NCBI RefSeq assembly: GCF_029945535.1
Contig: NZ_JAQSCU010000018.1
Coordinates: forward strand, 117,340 to 181,339
DNA length: 64,000 nucleotides
Source of the DNA: Methylotenera sp.
Lineage (GTDB): Bacteria > Pseudomonadota > Gammaproteobacteria > Burkholderiales > Methylophilaceae
Direction of reading: 5' to 3'
Below the pieces are notes generated by a model. It did no database searches and was not told where the DNA came from. It saw nothing but the letters and a program-made list of their open reading frames with translations. The position numbers and the translations under genes were made by a program. Numbering within the stretch: the first letter of the stretch is position 1; the number at the start of each line of letters is the position of its first letter. Shown in pieces: positions 30,745 through 40,914 of this stretch.

Positions 30745-31569
30745 CTTAAGCTTGATTGGTTTATCGAGTGGGTGTGATTGCACTTGTGTAATTGCTTTGG
30801 TTTCAAGGTTCATGGCAGTAAGCTGCCCTCCCCACAAACAACCTGTATCAAGCGCATATACATTCTGGCGCTGCTGCAAACCTAGGGCAGACCAATGCCC
30901 AAAGATTACATGTTTATCTTGACTTGCCCGATCTTTCACATCAAACCAAGGCACAAAACCCGCAGGAACATCTGCTAGTTCACCCTTAAAACTAAACTCC
31001 ATCTTGCCCTGCTCTGTGCACACTCTTAACCGCGTCATGGCATTGGTAATCACCCGTAATCTATCCAAACCCAGCAACTCATCACTCCAACTATCAGGCT
31101 GGTTACCATACATATGTGCTAAGAAATTTAAGTAATCCTCGCACCGCAATACTGTCTCGACCTCTGCGGCATACGCAGCGGCTTGACTGCTCGTCCATTG
31201 CGGCAACAAACCCGCATGAACCATTAAGTACGATTCATTTTGATAAACCAAATGCTGATGTCGCAACCAATTTAATAAAATATCGCGATCTTCAGCCTGT
31301 AATATGGCATCTAAAGTATCGCCCTTATGCGCATTAACAAAGCCAGCCGCCACAACCAGCGCATGCAAATCATGATTACCCAGCACCACCTTTAGGCTAT
31401 TTTGATGCTCATAGCTCCAACGCAGCACTTCAAGCGAGCCGCTGCCTCGATTGATTAAATCGCCCACCAGCCAGAGCTCGTCAACTTTTGGATTAAAACC
31501 AATACGTGCCAGCAATGCTTGAAAAGCATGGTAGCAACCTTGAATATCGCCTATTGCATATGTTGCCAT
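30733..31569 (-). CDS. apaH: Bis(5'-nucleosyl)-tetraphosphatase, symmetrical
   Basis: 278-aa ORF collinear with E. coli ApaH (MATYAIGDIQGCY, GDLINRG, LGNHDLH, FGHW, LDTGCLWGG). Confidence 0.9.
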   Translation of the reverse strand: MATYAIGDIQGCYHAFQALLARIGFNPKVDELWLVGDLINRGSGSLEVLRWSYEHQNSLKVVLGNHDLHALVVAAGFVNAHKGDTLDAILQAEDRDILLNWLRHQHLVYQNESYLMVHAGLLPQWTSSQAAAYAAEVETVLRCEDYLNFLAHMYGNQPDSWSDELLGLDRLRVITNAMTRLRVCTEQGKMEFSFKGELADVPAGFVPWFDVKDRASQDKHVIFGHWSALGLQQRQNVYALDTGCLWGGQLTAMNLETKAITQVQSHPLDKPIKLKLKP

Positions 31570-31582
31570 TGATTAACCTTAA

Positions 31583-31613
31583 TAAAAAAGCCACTTAACG
31601 ATGTAAGTGGCTT
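31583..31613 (-). terminator. Rho-independent terminator of the dihaem cytochrome gene
   Basis: On the minus strand: AAGCCACTTA-catcgt-TAAGTGGCTT followed by TTTTTATT. Confidence 0.8.
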
Positions 31614-31666
31614 CTTATTTTTTTACAATTGAACTAATTAAAACTAGATATTCGCAATCAGATTGA

Positions 31667-32578
31667 TTAGAACCCTGCGCCAGCTTCATTCGCCATGTAT
31701 TTTACTGCGCTTGCAACTTCATCATCACTCAAATCAGCATTACCGCCTTTAGCAGGCATCATACGAACACCTTTAACGGCATGAGTTACCAATGTGTCAT
31801 GACCTTGCGCAATGCGTGGTGCCCACTGCTCTTTATCACCAAATTTAGGTGCACCCATCAAACCGCCACCGTGGCACATACTACAAACAGCTTTGTAAAC
31901 CTCTTGGCCACTTTTACCTTTGCTTGCAGCAGGGGCTGCAGCTGCAACAACAACTGGCGCTGCAGCTTTTTCTACAACGGCAACAGCTACTGCTTTTTTC
32001 TCAACTGCTTTTGTTGCAGGTGCCGCTGCAGCCGCTACTGGAGCAGCCTCTGCGGCTTTTGCATCAGCAGGCGCAGCAGCTTTTGACGCTGGCGGCGTAA
32101 AGTTAGCCCCACCTTGATTAGCCATATACGCAACCGCATTTGCCATTTCACCGTCAGTTAACGCCGCATTACCGCCACGAGCAGGCATACTACGAATACC
32201 ATTAATCGCATGGCTAATCAGCGTATCGTAACCTTGCGCAATACGAGGAGCCCATTGACCTTTATCACCAATTTTTGGCGAACCCATTAAGCCAGCTGCA
32301 TGACACGCGCTACATACACCCTTAACAACTTCTTCACCACTTTTATCCACATGTGGGCCAGCATCAGCCACGGCAACTTCAACAGTTGCTACTGGCTTAA
32401 TATTTTCTTCAACTTGAGCAACTACAGCTTGCGGCACTTCGGCTGCTGGCGTACCTACAACACTAGAGGTTTTTGCAATCAATGATATCAATAAGGTAAA
32501 TGCTAAAATAGCACCCGGAATTACCAAGATTAATTGCTTGATTGTGGAGCCTTTATATTCATTATCGCTATTGCTCAT
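31667..32578 (-). CDS. Membrane-anchored dihaem c-type cytochrome (two c5-like domains joined by an Ala/Pro-rich linker)
   Basis: 303-aa ORF with an N-terminal TM anchor. Two similar domains, each with CXXCH (CSACH, CSMCH), the ...GDK.QWAPRIAQG... segment and a distal Met region (SMPARGG, MMPAKGG). Confidence 0.85.
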   Translation of the reverse strand: MSNSDNEYKGSTIKQLILVIPGAILAFTLLISLIAKTSSVVGTPAAEVPQAVVAQVEENIKPVATVEVAVADAGPHVDKSGEEVVKGVCSACHAAGLMGSPKIGDKGQWAPRIAQGYDTLISHAINGIRSMPARGGNAALTDGEMANAVAYMANQGGANFTPPASKAAAPADAKAAEAAPVAAAAAPATKAVEKKAVAVAVVEKAAAPVVVAAAAPAASKGKSGQEVYKAVCSMCHGGGLMGAPKFGDKEQWAPRIAQGHDTLVTHAVKGVRMMPAKGGNADLSDDEVASAVKYMANEAGAGF

Positions 32579-32716
32579 AACAGTACATTCCCTAGTTTAG
32601 TTATCAGATACATATTATTAACATTATACCCACACTTTAACTTATGGCAAAAGGTCATACTCATTCAGGTAAAAACACATGGAAAGCCATGGTTTGCTAT
32701 AATGCGTGCATTATTT

Positions 32717-32793
32717 GCGCCCGTAGCTCAGCTGGATAGAGTGTTGGTTTCCGAAGCCAAAGGTCGTGGGTTCGACTCCCGCCGGGCGCACCA
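32717..32793 (+). tRNA. tRNA-Arg (anticodon CCG)
   Basis: 77-nt cloverleaf folded by hand. Acceptor GCGCCCG/CGGGCGC, D-arm GCTC..GAGT, anticodon stem TTGGT/GCCAA with loop TTCCGAA, T-arm GTGGG-TTCGACT-CCCGC, encoded CCA end. Confidence 0.9.
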
Positions 32794-32899
32794 ATAATAT
32801 CAATTAGTTAGCCTGTTCTAACTCTGTCGGAATACCTAAAAACTCACCTTGTGACACAGTGAGACGTAACTTTTTATCAATAAAAAAACTTATAGATAT

Positions 32900-33157
32900 C
32901 TAAACGTCTTTTTGGATACATTTAGCCGTCATTGCTTCATGGTATATTTTTTCAATAGCGGCGGAATCTAAAGCCGGTGTTAAAAGCTTTGCACTAAATG
33001 CTTTACATCTTGAGTTATCTATAATGAGCTCTTTAGTTAATTTAGCTTTTTCATTCATTGTGATTGGATCTTGATGTTTGGAACAAGCCACCATTAAGCA
33101 AATTAGGGTAAGTCCAAAAAAATACGTTAGCAAAAGTTTTAATTTAAGATTCATCAA
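32900..33157 (-). CDS. Small lipoprotein of unknown function
   Basis: 85-aa ORF with a signal peptide and lipobox (LMVAC). AT-rich. Confidence 0.5.
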   Translation of the reverse strand: MMNLKLKLLLTYFFGLTLICLMVACSKHQDPITMNEKAKLTKELIIDNSRCKAFSAKLLTPALDSAAIEKIYHEAMTAKCIQKDV

Positions 33158-33255
33158 TAGACACCAATCTAAAGCTATGAAAGAGGGGAAATGACAGAAA
33201 GCTATAAACTAAATATATATGCTGAAACAGCAATTAAACATATATCCACAATAGA

Positions 33256-34005
33256 TTAGAATCGCATTCCAATTGTAATTCTAGTCATATCATCCTGAGT
33301 AAAATTTACTTTTGGATCATATGCAATTCGTAAAAAATAGCTTGGCCAATCATAGGTAATAGATGCACCAACGCTATTAATCGACTGCCCAGGATCTGTA
33401 GGGCCACTTTTATTAAACACATCAAGTGAAATGCGTTGTTTGTTTTGCAGAGGGAACTGCATCAATAAATGCGTATTCTGCTGTCCAGGTACGACTCTGA
33501 CGTCACGCACCATAAATAGAGTGACGCTGGAACCATTTTCTTTTTTATAACCTACCCCAAGCGTAATTGCATCATTAGGGTCAAAGTTAAGGTTGGCGTA
33601 AGGCTTTAGATTTGTTACACCATAACCAATCATTCCAAAAAATGGATCGGTTGTAGTCGCTGTAATTGAACCTCCGAGAAACCCATGGGTTGCGACTTGT
33701 AGCGACGTATCTATGTTTACCATTAAGAACTGATCAGTACGTTCATACCCACCCCGCCACTGGTCAAACCCCGTTGAATTTTCTTTGTAGTAGCCAACCC
33801 AAGCTCGCTGGTTATCTCTTTCAGCTCTTATATTAATATCGTTTGCATGCACACTTTGTGTGGAGTAGTCACCGAGACTGAGTTTATATTCAATCGGTTT
33901 ATCCGCCTCTAAGCTGATGTCAGGCGCAGGCTTTGTTGTATCAGCAAATGCACAAGTACTCTGCATCAAGAAAAATGCGATATAAATGAATAAATTTTTT
34001 AACAT
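33256..34005 (-). CDS. Putative outer-membrane beta-barrel protein of unknown function
   Basis: I prefer the ATG at 34005 (MLKNLFIYIAFFLMQSTCAFA signal peptide); the track start at 34062 is a TTG. Alternating hydrophobic beta-strand pattern and C-terminal ...ITIGMRF with terminal Phe. Confidence 0.55.
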   Translation of the reverse strand: MLKNLFIYIAFFLMQSTCAFADTTKPAPDISLEADKPIEYKLSLGDYSTQSVHANDINIRAERDNQRAWVGYYKENSTGFDQWRGGYERTDQFLMVNIDTSLQVATHGFLGGSITATTTDPFFGMIGYGVTNLKPYANLNFDPNDAITLGVGYKKENGSSVTLFMVRDVRVVPGQQNTHLLMQFPLQNKQRISLDVFNKSGPTDPGQSINSVGASITYDWPSYFLRIAYDPKVNFTQDDMTRITIGMRF

Positions 34006-34302
34006 ATCTATTTTTGACCTATAACTTACAGAAGCTACAACTTTCATCAGTTTTTGTAACAAGCAATTACAGATGACATTGAGCTCACTCCAAATATTTT
34101 AAACATAGAAATTCATGAATCATTAAAATTTAAGTGAGTCAGCTAATACTTAATCTGACATTAGCTGCTTAAGATTGCCATCATCAACGCTACAGTTGAT
34201 CAATTTTAGGTACGTAAGATAGTAAAGTAGGCTAATGAATTTGCCTTCACTTCTAGATTACCTTTCTCAATATTGACGCCAATATTATCCACCAAAGTGA
34301 AT

Positions 34303-37300
34303 TTAATAAAGAGCTGTTTCTTCGCTTTCGTTTGAATTGGATTTTCCGCCATATCTTTTAACTACCCATAAATACACAGAAGGCAATACTAAAAGTGTCA
34401 ATAATGTTGCACTAATTAAGCCCCCTATGACAACTACAGCTAGCGGCCTTTGTGTTTCTGCGCCAATATTATGTGAGAGAGCCATAGGTAACAAGCCAAA
34501 CATCGCAAGTAAACCAGTCATTAAAACGGTACGCAGGCGTGACATTGCACCTTCTTGCACGGCTTCCTCTGGAGTCTTGCCTTCCGCAATCAACTGGTCA
34601 AATACTGATACCATAACAACACCATTAAGCACAGCTTGTCCGAATAAAGCTATAAAGCCAATAGCGGCTGAAACTGACAACGGAATGCCTGTAATATATA
34701 ACGCAACTATGCCCCCAATTAACGCGAATGGAATATTTGCGACTATCAATAAAGCATTCTTAAAAGATCCAAAAGCATCGAATAGCAATACAAAAATAAG
34801 TAATATGGAGAGTGGAACAACAACTGCCAACCTTGCCATTGCACGCTCCTGGTTTTCGAACTCTCCAGACCAAGAGACAATGACATTATTCGGGATGCTG
34901 ACAGAAGATTTTACCTTGGCTTGCATATCGGCCACTACGCTACCCATGTCGCGATTTTTAATAAAAATGCCTACAGAAACCACCCGCTGACCATTTTCTC
35001 GCGCAATATTCATTGCGCCAACGGTTTGTTTAAAGTGTGCAAGCTCACTAAGCGGTATCTGTGCTCCGCTTGGTGTAGCAATAAGTAAATCGTCTAATTT
35101 GCTAAGTGAACGCTGTGCTTCAGCTAAACGAACAACAACCGAAAAGTGACGCTCACCTTCCCATAATTCAGTCGTAGCCTTACCCGCTAAAGCTGTTTCT
35201 ATCACATCTTGAATGTCGCCAATATTGATCCCATAACGGGCGGCAGCATCGCGGTCAATATCAATGACTTCTTGTGGCAAATCACCATCACGATCGATAT
35301 AAGCATTTGCAACACCTGCTACCGTAGAAATTTGCTGGGTAATTATTTTTGCCGTTTTTCTTAGAAGCGCCAAATCATCACCATGCACTTTTATCACAAT
35401 CTGACCATCAATCTGCGAAATGCTTTCCAGCACATTATCTCTAATTGGCTGTGAAAATGTTGCTTCTACTCCAGGTAATGCTGAAACAGCATTACCCATC
35501 TCATTAATAATTTTTTCTTTTTTATAATTTTTACGCCAATTTTCCTCTGGTATGAGTTCTACGAAAAACTCCCCACCATTAAATATCTTCGGGTCTGATC
35601 CATCATCAGGTCTGCCAATTTTTGAAATAACAGTTTTTACTTCTGGCACAGTATGTAATGCCGTACGAATTCGCCGAGCTGACAATAGTGCTTCTGCTGG
35701 TGAAACTGATGAAGGCAATGTGACGTTTACCCAAATCGACCCTTCATCAAGCTCTGGTAAAAACTCTGTACCAATTTGAGTACCTAAAGCCAACGCAGCT
35801 ACCAACAAAACTAAAGCTATGCCAATTACTTGTTTTGGACGAACTACAGCCCATGAGAAAGCTGGCTGGTAGATTTTCTTAAACCAGCTAAGTAAGCGAT
35901 TATCATGATGTGGAATACGGTCACGCAACAACCACAAACATAGTAAAGGCACTACCGTGAGTGATAATATCAATGAGCCAATTAATGCTGAAGTCACTGA
36001 AAAAGCCATTGGGGAGAAAATTCTCCCCTCTGCACGTTGCAGCGTGAAAATTGGAATATGCGCTGCAATAATCACCAGCATTGAAAATAAAGTGGGGCGA
36101 CCAACTTCGGTAACTGCTTTATAGATGGTCTTTCTTCGTTCATTAAAGTTGTTTTGTGCCCCGTCACTCATACTACCAAGCCGCAAAAATACGTTCTCTA
36201 CTACAATCACCGCACCATCAACAATAATGCCAAAATCCATTGCCCCTAGTGAAAGTAAATTTGCGGGCATGTGTAAAAAAGTCAGCCCTAGAAATGTTGA
36301 CAATACAGCAAGCGGAATAATACAAGCGACGATGAGCGCTGCACGTAAGTTACCTAAAAATATTAACAATACAAAAGTAACTAACAACGCCCCCTCAATT
36401 AGGTTACCAAACACTGTATGCAGCGTTTTTTCAATCAACCATGATCTATCGTAATATGGCTTTAACTCTACACCTGGTGGCAGCCCATGGTCATTAAGAT
36501 CGCTGATGGTTTGTTTGATGCCTTTCAGTAGTTCGGAAGGGTTCTCACCTTTGCGCATTAGGACTAGGCCGTTAACTATGTCATCAGTATCATCTTGACC
36601 CACTAAACCTTGTACTGGTGCATTAGCCTCCCTAACAACTGCCACATCCCTTATCAGTATAGGTACGCCCTTGCCATTGTCACCTACTACCACGCGATCA
36701 ATATCTGCCGAGGTTCTGAATGTTCCCAAAGAACGAACTAAGAACTGCTGAGGTCCCTGTGAAACTGCGCCTCCTCCAGCATTGGCATTTGCACGCGTTA
36801 AAGATGAGAATAGTTGAGCCAAGGTGATCTTCGCATCTCGCATTTTGGCTAAATCAGGATTGACCTCGTACTGCTTAAGTGCACCGCCCATAGAAACGAC
36901 ATCAGCAACCCCAGGCACTTTCTTAAGTGCTTTTTCAACCACCCACTCTTCAATCTCTCTTAGTTGACGTGAATTAAGGTGATGGCCTTTAACGCGATAA
37001 CGGTAAATTTCTCCAATGGAAGTAGATAGCGGCGCAACATCAGGCTCAACTCCTGCAGGCAAATCAATGCCTCTTAAGCGCTCAAAAACAAGCTGCCGAG
37101 CCTCTTTATCCGTTGGTTTGTCATTGAACGTAATCATCATGTAAGACAAGCCAAATTGCGTATGTGTAAACATACGCACCATATTTGGCATGCCGGACAT
37201 TGCTACTTCAATTGGGATAGTGACTTGCTTCTCAACTTCTTCTGCAGCACGTCCCGAGTATTGCGCAACAATATTGACTTGTGTATCAGATACATCAGGA

Positions 37301-37416
37301 AAGGCTTCAATAGGTAAGTTGATGAACGCAACGACACCTCCTAGCGCAAACAGCACTAAGCCTAATACTACAAATACTGGTTGCATTAATGCAAATCTTA
37401 CAATGCGGTTAATCAT
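34303..37416 (-). CDS. czcA: Heavy-metal efflux RND pump, CzcA family
   Basis: 1037-aa ORF with 12-TM RND layout. TM4 motif DFGIIVDGAVIVVEN matches the DFG-DGA-VEN signature of divalent-cation HME-RND pumps. Confidence 0.9.
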   Translation of the reverse strand: MINRIVRFALMQPVFVVLGLVLFALGGVVAFINLPIEAFPDVSDTQVNIVAQYSGRAAEEVEKQVTIPIEVAMSGMPNMVRMFTHTQFGLSYMMITFNDKPTDKEARQLVFERLRGIDLPAGVEPDVAPLSTSIGEIYRYRVKGHHLNSRQLREIEEWVVEKALKKVPGVADVVSMGGALKQYEVNPDLAKMRDAKITLAQLFSSLTRANANAGGGAVSQGPQQFLVRSLGTFRTSADIDRVVVGDNGKGVPILIRDVAVVREANAPVQGLVGQDDTDDIVNGLVLMRKGENPSELLKGIKQTISDLNDHGLPPGVELKPYYDRSWLIEKTLHTVFGNLIEGALLVTFVLLIFLGNLRAALIVACIIPLAVLSTFLGLTFLHMPANLLSLGAMDFGIIVDGAVIVVENVFLRLGSMSDGAQNNFNERRKTIYKAVTEVGRPTLFSMLVIIAAHIPIFTLQRAEGRIFSPMAFSVTSALIGSLILSLTVVPLLCLWLLRDRIPHHDNRLLSWFKKIYQPAFSWAVVRPKQVIGIALVLLVAALALGTQIGTEFLPELDEGSIWVNVTLPSSVSPAEALLSARRIRTALHTVPEVKTVISKIGRPDDGSDPKIFNGGEFFVELIPEENWRKNYKKEKIINEMGNAVSALPGVEATFSQPIRDNVLESISQIDGQIVIKVHGDDLALLRKTAKIITQQISTVAGVANAYIDRDGDLPQEVIDIDRDAAARYGINIGDIQDVIETALAGKATTELWEGERHFSVVVRLAEAQRSLSKLDDLLIATPSGAQIPLSELAHFKQTVGAMNIARENGQRVVSVGIFIKNRDMGSVVADMQAKVKSSVSIPNNVIVSWSGEFENQERAMARLAVVVPLSILLIFVLLFDAFGSFKNALLIVANIPFALIGGIVALYITGIPLSVSAAIGFIALFGQAVLNGVVMVSVFDQLIAEGKTPEEAVQEGAMSRLRTVLMTGLLAMFGLLPMALSHNIGAETQRPLAVVVIGGLISATLLTLLVLPSVYLWVVKRYGGKSNSNESEETALY

Positions 37417-37427
37417 AATTCTTGTTC

Positions 37428-38636
37428 CTAGTTAACCTGCATTGGTTTTGGCGTATCAATACTTTGTGCCGCCACTTGAGATTTGCTTTCCTCAATCAGC
37501 TTTTCTAGAAAGAGTGCGCCATCTAAAACCACCTCATCACCTTTATTTAACCCACTTGAAATTGTCACCCAATCATCATTACTAGCGATGGGCAGAATGA
37601 CCTTACGGGTATAAGTGCCTTCGGAAGTTTTAACAAATACCATTTTTGTAGACTCTTTCAAGAATACTGCTTTTGCAGGTATATCCAGTGTATTGTTAGC
37701 CGTATTACTGAGCTGAGCCGTGACGTACATTTCCCCCTTTAATTTAAGATCTAAGTTGCGTAGTTTTGCACGTACTTTCAGCGTATGACTTGCAGGATCT
37801 AATGCATCTTCAATGAAATCTATTTGTGCATTAAATGTTTTGTTTGGCCATGCACTAGAGTGAAGTGTGACTTGCATGTCTTTATGTATGGAGCTGATCG
37901 CTTGCTCGGGCGCATCTATCCAGCACCACAGATAAGTTGGATCGCTTACGACAAATAAAGGTGAAGTAGCTTGATCTGACCTCAGCTCCATTCCAGGATT
38001 AGTGTTGCGTGCGACCATCATTCCAGCAATAGGGCTTCTAATGGTGAATTTTTGATCAACTGCATCGGTAGCACCTAATGACCGAAGTCTTATTTCTGCT
38101 CGAGCAGCTTCTGCTTTGCTGTTTAATAAGTCAGTTTGTGATTGCTCAAAATCCTTGCCCGCGATAATGCCCGCATCTGCCAAATATTTATTCCTTGCAT
38201 GGTTTCTTTCCGCTTGGGCTAGCTCCGACTTTGCTCGAGCTACATCTGCTTGTGCGCTACCCAGATCTGGTGAACTTAAATGCGCCAAGGCTTGATGCTC
38301 CTTAACTGGTTTACCAACCTGTACTAAAACATCCACTAAACGTCCATTGATAGGCGGTGAAACCCGGGCAGTATGATCTTCATCCCAAGCAATACGGGCT
38401 GGAAAGCTGACTATATTATCTTGAGAAGAAATGACAGGTGCTGTGATTACACTCTGTTTTAAACGAGAGTTTGCTGAAAAGTGAACGGCATTTTCTGAAA
38501 TGGTTGGCTCATCAATTGAAGGAACATCTGCTTTTACAGGTTTTTGACACGCCGTCAATTGAGATAAAAGAGTCACCGCTATCAATGTATGCATTAAGTA
38601 GCTTCGTGTAAGTACATTAGAAATCATCATGATCAC
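37428..38636 (-). CDS. czcB: RND efflux periplasmic adaptor (membrane fusion protein), CzcB-like
   Basis: 402-aa ORF with lipobox-like LTAC, a coiled-coil hairpin region (AQADVARAKSELAQAERN...AEAARAEIRL) and beta-barrel domains. It lies between the OMF and RND genes. Confidence 0.85.
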   Translation of the reverse strand: MIMMISNVLTRSYLMHTLIAVTLLSQLTACQKPVKADVPSIDEPTISENAVHFSANSRLKQSVITAPVISSQDNIVSFPARIAWDEDHTARVSPPINGRLVDVLVQVGKPVKEHQALAHLSSPDLGSAQADVARAKSELAQAERNHARNKYLADAGIIAGKDFEQSQTDLLNSKAEAARAEIRLRSLGATDAVDQKFTIRSPIAGMMVARNTNPGMELRSDQATSPLFVVSDPTYLWCWIDAPEQAISSIHKDMQVTLHSSAWPNKTFNAQIDFIEDALDPASHTLKVRAKLRNLDLKLKGEMYVTAQLSNTANNTLDIPAKAVFLKESTKMVFVKTSEGTYTRKVILPIASNDDWVTISSGLNKGDEVVLDGALFLEKLIEESKSQVAAQSIDTPKPMQVN

Positions 38637-38649
38637 TTCGAGTTATTCA

Positions 38650-40020
38650 TTAGTTAATATTATTTGCAGATATGGATTGATTGCGAGTAAAAATGGAGCG
38701 CGCCAAACTAGCTCGCGCACTTAACGTGTCCAAGCGTGTTTGGCGCAAAATCCGCCTTGCCTCAAGTAAATCCAATAAACCTAAAGCGCCTTTTGCGTAA
38801 CCTAACTCAACAGTGCGGGCAACATCTTCAGCATGTGGTAGCAGCTCTTTCTGCAGAAGTTGCAAGTTTTCCTGCGCATTTCCCATATCAGTATTCATCC
38901 GTTGCCACTCTGATTTTGCATTTGCTTCTATATGCGCTAACGCTTCTTTTGCTGCGTCATAATTACTGGTAGCTAGTGCAATTTCACCTTCATAATGATT
39001 GTTGACTGTCAGTGGGAAACCCAGCGTAAAGCTAATAGTGTCTCCAGTGCCAGTTGCATTATTTGCACTTGTAGGCCAATGGTCATATTGCACACCAGCA
39101 GTAATGTCAGACTTCAGTTGTGCTCTAGCCAATTCAAGCTGCTGACTAGCCGCCTCAACACGCAATTTAGCCGCTTTCACGTCAGTGCGGCTATCTAGAT
39201 CAAATTGCTGCATCTCAACAGGCTCAACATCCAAGATTGTAGAGTCAACCGTCAAGGCGTCTGCCTGATGTTCCCAGTCCAAAAGACTTGCTAGCGTGAT
39301 TTGTGCTGCTTTTGCGTCAGACTGCGCCTGATGTAAATCTATCTGGGCCCGATTAGCATCAATTCTTTGGCGCTCTGCATCAAGAGGCGACAAGTCTCCC
39401 TTTTCTAGGCGAATGCTATTGGCACGGAGTGTTTCTTTATACAAATCGACCATTTGTGACAATAAATTAATCCGCTCGGTACTAGCAGCTACATCTACCA
39501 TTGCCGACAATAGAGCAATGCTTTGCTGACGTTCTGTTTCAAGTACATCTTGCTTGGAGGCTGAGACGATGCCTTGTGCCGCCTTAACTCTTAAGTTACG
39601 TTTATTTCCTCTTTCGATTAATTGTTCATAGCGGACTGAAGTATCAATTGTTTTGTCAAAATATGAACCCGCACCAATGCCAAGTTTAGGGTTTATATTA
39701 CCAACGCCAATACTTAAATTTGGATTCTGGGTTTCGCCGGCTTGAGTCAGGTTAGCTTCATTAGCAATAATGAAGCGGCGACTATCAACAATTTCAAGGT
39801 TGCACTGTAATAAGCGATTCAGCGCAATATCCTTAGTAAGCACCGCTGGTGGGGCTTCTGTTTGGCAATGTTCGGATGCATAAACTGAAGCTGAGAAAAT
39901 GATGCAGCAGCTCATCAGAGAAGTAACTAAACGCTTAAACTGAAGCTTAAAAAAAGTGATGTATTCGCAATTACATTGCTCTTTGAGTAGCCGTGGATAG
40001 ATGTTCATGCACTTGGTCAT
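38650..40020 (-). CDS. czcC: TolC-family outer-membrane efflux protein, CzcC-like (start uncertain)
   Basis: 456-aa ORF with two repeated helical OEP-type halves. First gene of the czcCBA-order operon. An internal Met (MSCCIIFSASVYA) may be the true start. Confidence 0.8.
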   Translation of the reverse strand: MTKCMNIYPRLLKEQCNCEYITFFKLQFKRLVTSLMSCCIIFSASVYASEHCQTEAPPAVLTKDIALNRLLQCNLEIVDSRRFIIANEANLTQAGETQNPNLSIGVGNINPKLGIGAGSYFDKTIDTSVRYEQLIERGNKRNLRVKAAQGIVSASKQDVLETERQQSIALLSAMVDVAASTERINLLSQMVDLYKETLRANSIRLEKGDLSPLDAERQRIDANRAQIDLHQAQSDAKAAQITLASLLDWEHQADALTVDSTILDVEPVEMQQFDLDSRTDVKAAKLRVEAASQQLELARAQLKSDITAGVQYDHWPTSANNATGTGDTISFTLGFPLTVNNHYEGEIALATSNYDAAKEALAHIEANAKSEWQRMNTDMGNAQENLQLLQKELLPHAEDVARTVELGYAKGALGLLDLLEARRILRQTRLDTLSARASLARSIFTRNQSISANNIN

Positions 40021-40230
40021 ATAGATTTGCTTTTAAGAAACCAGCGGTTCCGTTGTAGTGTTTATAACAAGATTGCCGGATTCTACAGATGCAACCTTGC
40101 AAGAACATGTATGGAACCTTTCAGCAAGCTTTCATTACGAAAATTTCTACTTGGAATCATCAAAGTACAGCTAACAGGGCTGGAATCACTGAGTTATACT
40201 TAAAACAAGAAATTTAACGTTGAGCTTATA

Positions 40231-40914
40231 ATGCGCATATTATTGGTGGAAGATGACACTTACTTAGGCGAGAGTACCGCAAGAGCGCTACGCTCCCAGC
40301 AGTGGTTTGTGGATTGGGTCAAAAGCGGTGACTCTGTTATGAATATGTTAGGTCTTGCTTCTTATGATGCAATTATTCTAGATGTTGGTTTGCCTGGTAT
40401 GGACGGCTTCGAAATTTTGCATAGTTTGCGCGCCCAAAACAACACTCTGCCAGTGTTGATGTTAACAGCTCGCGATACTATTGATGATCGAGTATATGGA
40501 TTTCAACTTGGTGCTGATGATTATTTGGTAAAACCATTTGCTTTGAAAGAGCTCGTCGCTCGCATTCAAGCCATTACGCGGCGCTTTCATACACGCCAAC
40601 ATAACGAAATTATATTCGGCATTTTACGCATAGACTTAACTGCCAAGCGTGCCTATTTATCGGATAAATCGCTCGAACTATTACCTCGAGAGTGGGCTGT
40701 ACTTGTGTACATATTGAACAATTTGGGCAAAGTAGTAAGCAAGGAACAAATTTTGGAAGCAATTTCTGACTGGGACGAGGCACCATCAAGCAATGCCATT
40801 GAAGTCTATATTTCGCGGCTCAGGACAAAACTCACTCCTGCTGGAATTTCAATTCGGACAATTAGGGGATTTGGTTATCTGATAGAGGAGTCTGTCAATG
40901 GAATCCAGCCTTAA
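40231..40914 (+). CDS. OmpR-family response regulator, divergent from czcCBA
   Basis: 227-aa ORF. MRILLVEDD, DAIILDVGLPGMDG, winged-helix C-terminus (IRGFGYLI). Confidence 0.9.
   Translation: MRILLVEDDTYLGESTARALRSQQWFVDWVKSGDSVMNMLGLASYDAIILDVGLPGMDGFEILHSLRAQNNTLPVLMLTARDTIDDRVYGFQLGADDYLVKPFALKELVARIQAITRRFHTRQHNEIIFGILRIDLTAKRAYLSDKSLELLPREWAVLVYILNNLGKVVSKEQILEAISDWDEAPSSNAIEVYISRLRTKLTPAGISIRTIRGFGYLIEESVNGIQP

Noticed and set aside
31781-32117. Three plus-strand ORFs inside the dihaem cytochrome gene.
   Set aside because: They are shadows of the Ala/Pro-rich linker. The minus-strand frame carries two CXXCH cytochrome domains and its own terminator.
32534-32797. An 87-aa plus-strand ORF overlapping the tRNA-Arg gene.
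   Set aside because: Its C-terminal part is simply the tRNA sequence read as protein (APVAQLDRVLVSEAKGRGFDSRRAHQ). The cloverleaf is far better supported.
40021-40230. A possible OmpR-family operator (TTCATTAC-gaaaa-TTTCTAC) between czcC and the response-regulator gene.
   Set aside because: It is only a weak, imperfect direct repeat in AT-rich DNA. I cannot distinguish it from chance without a matrix or comparative data.
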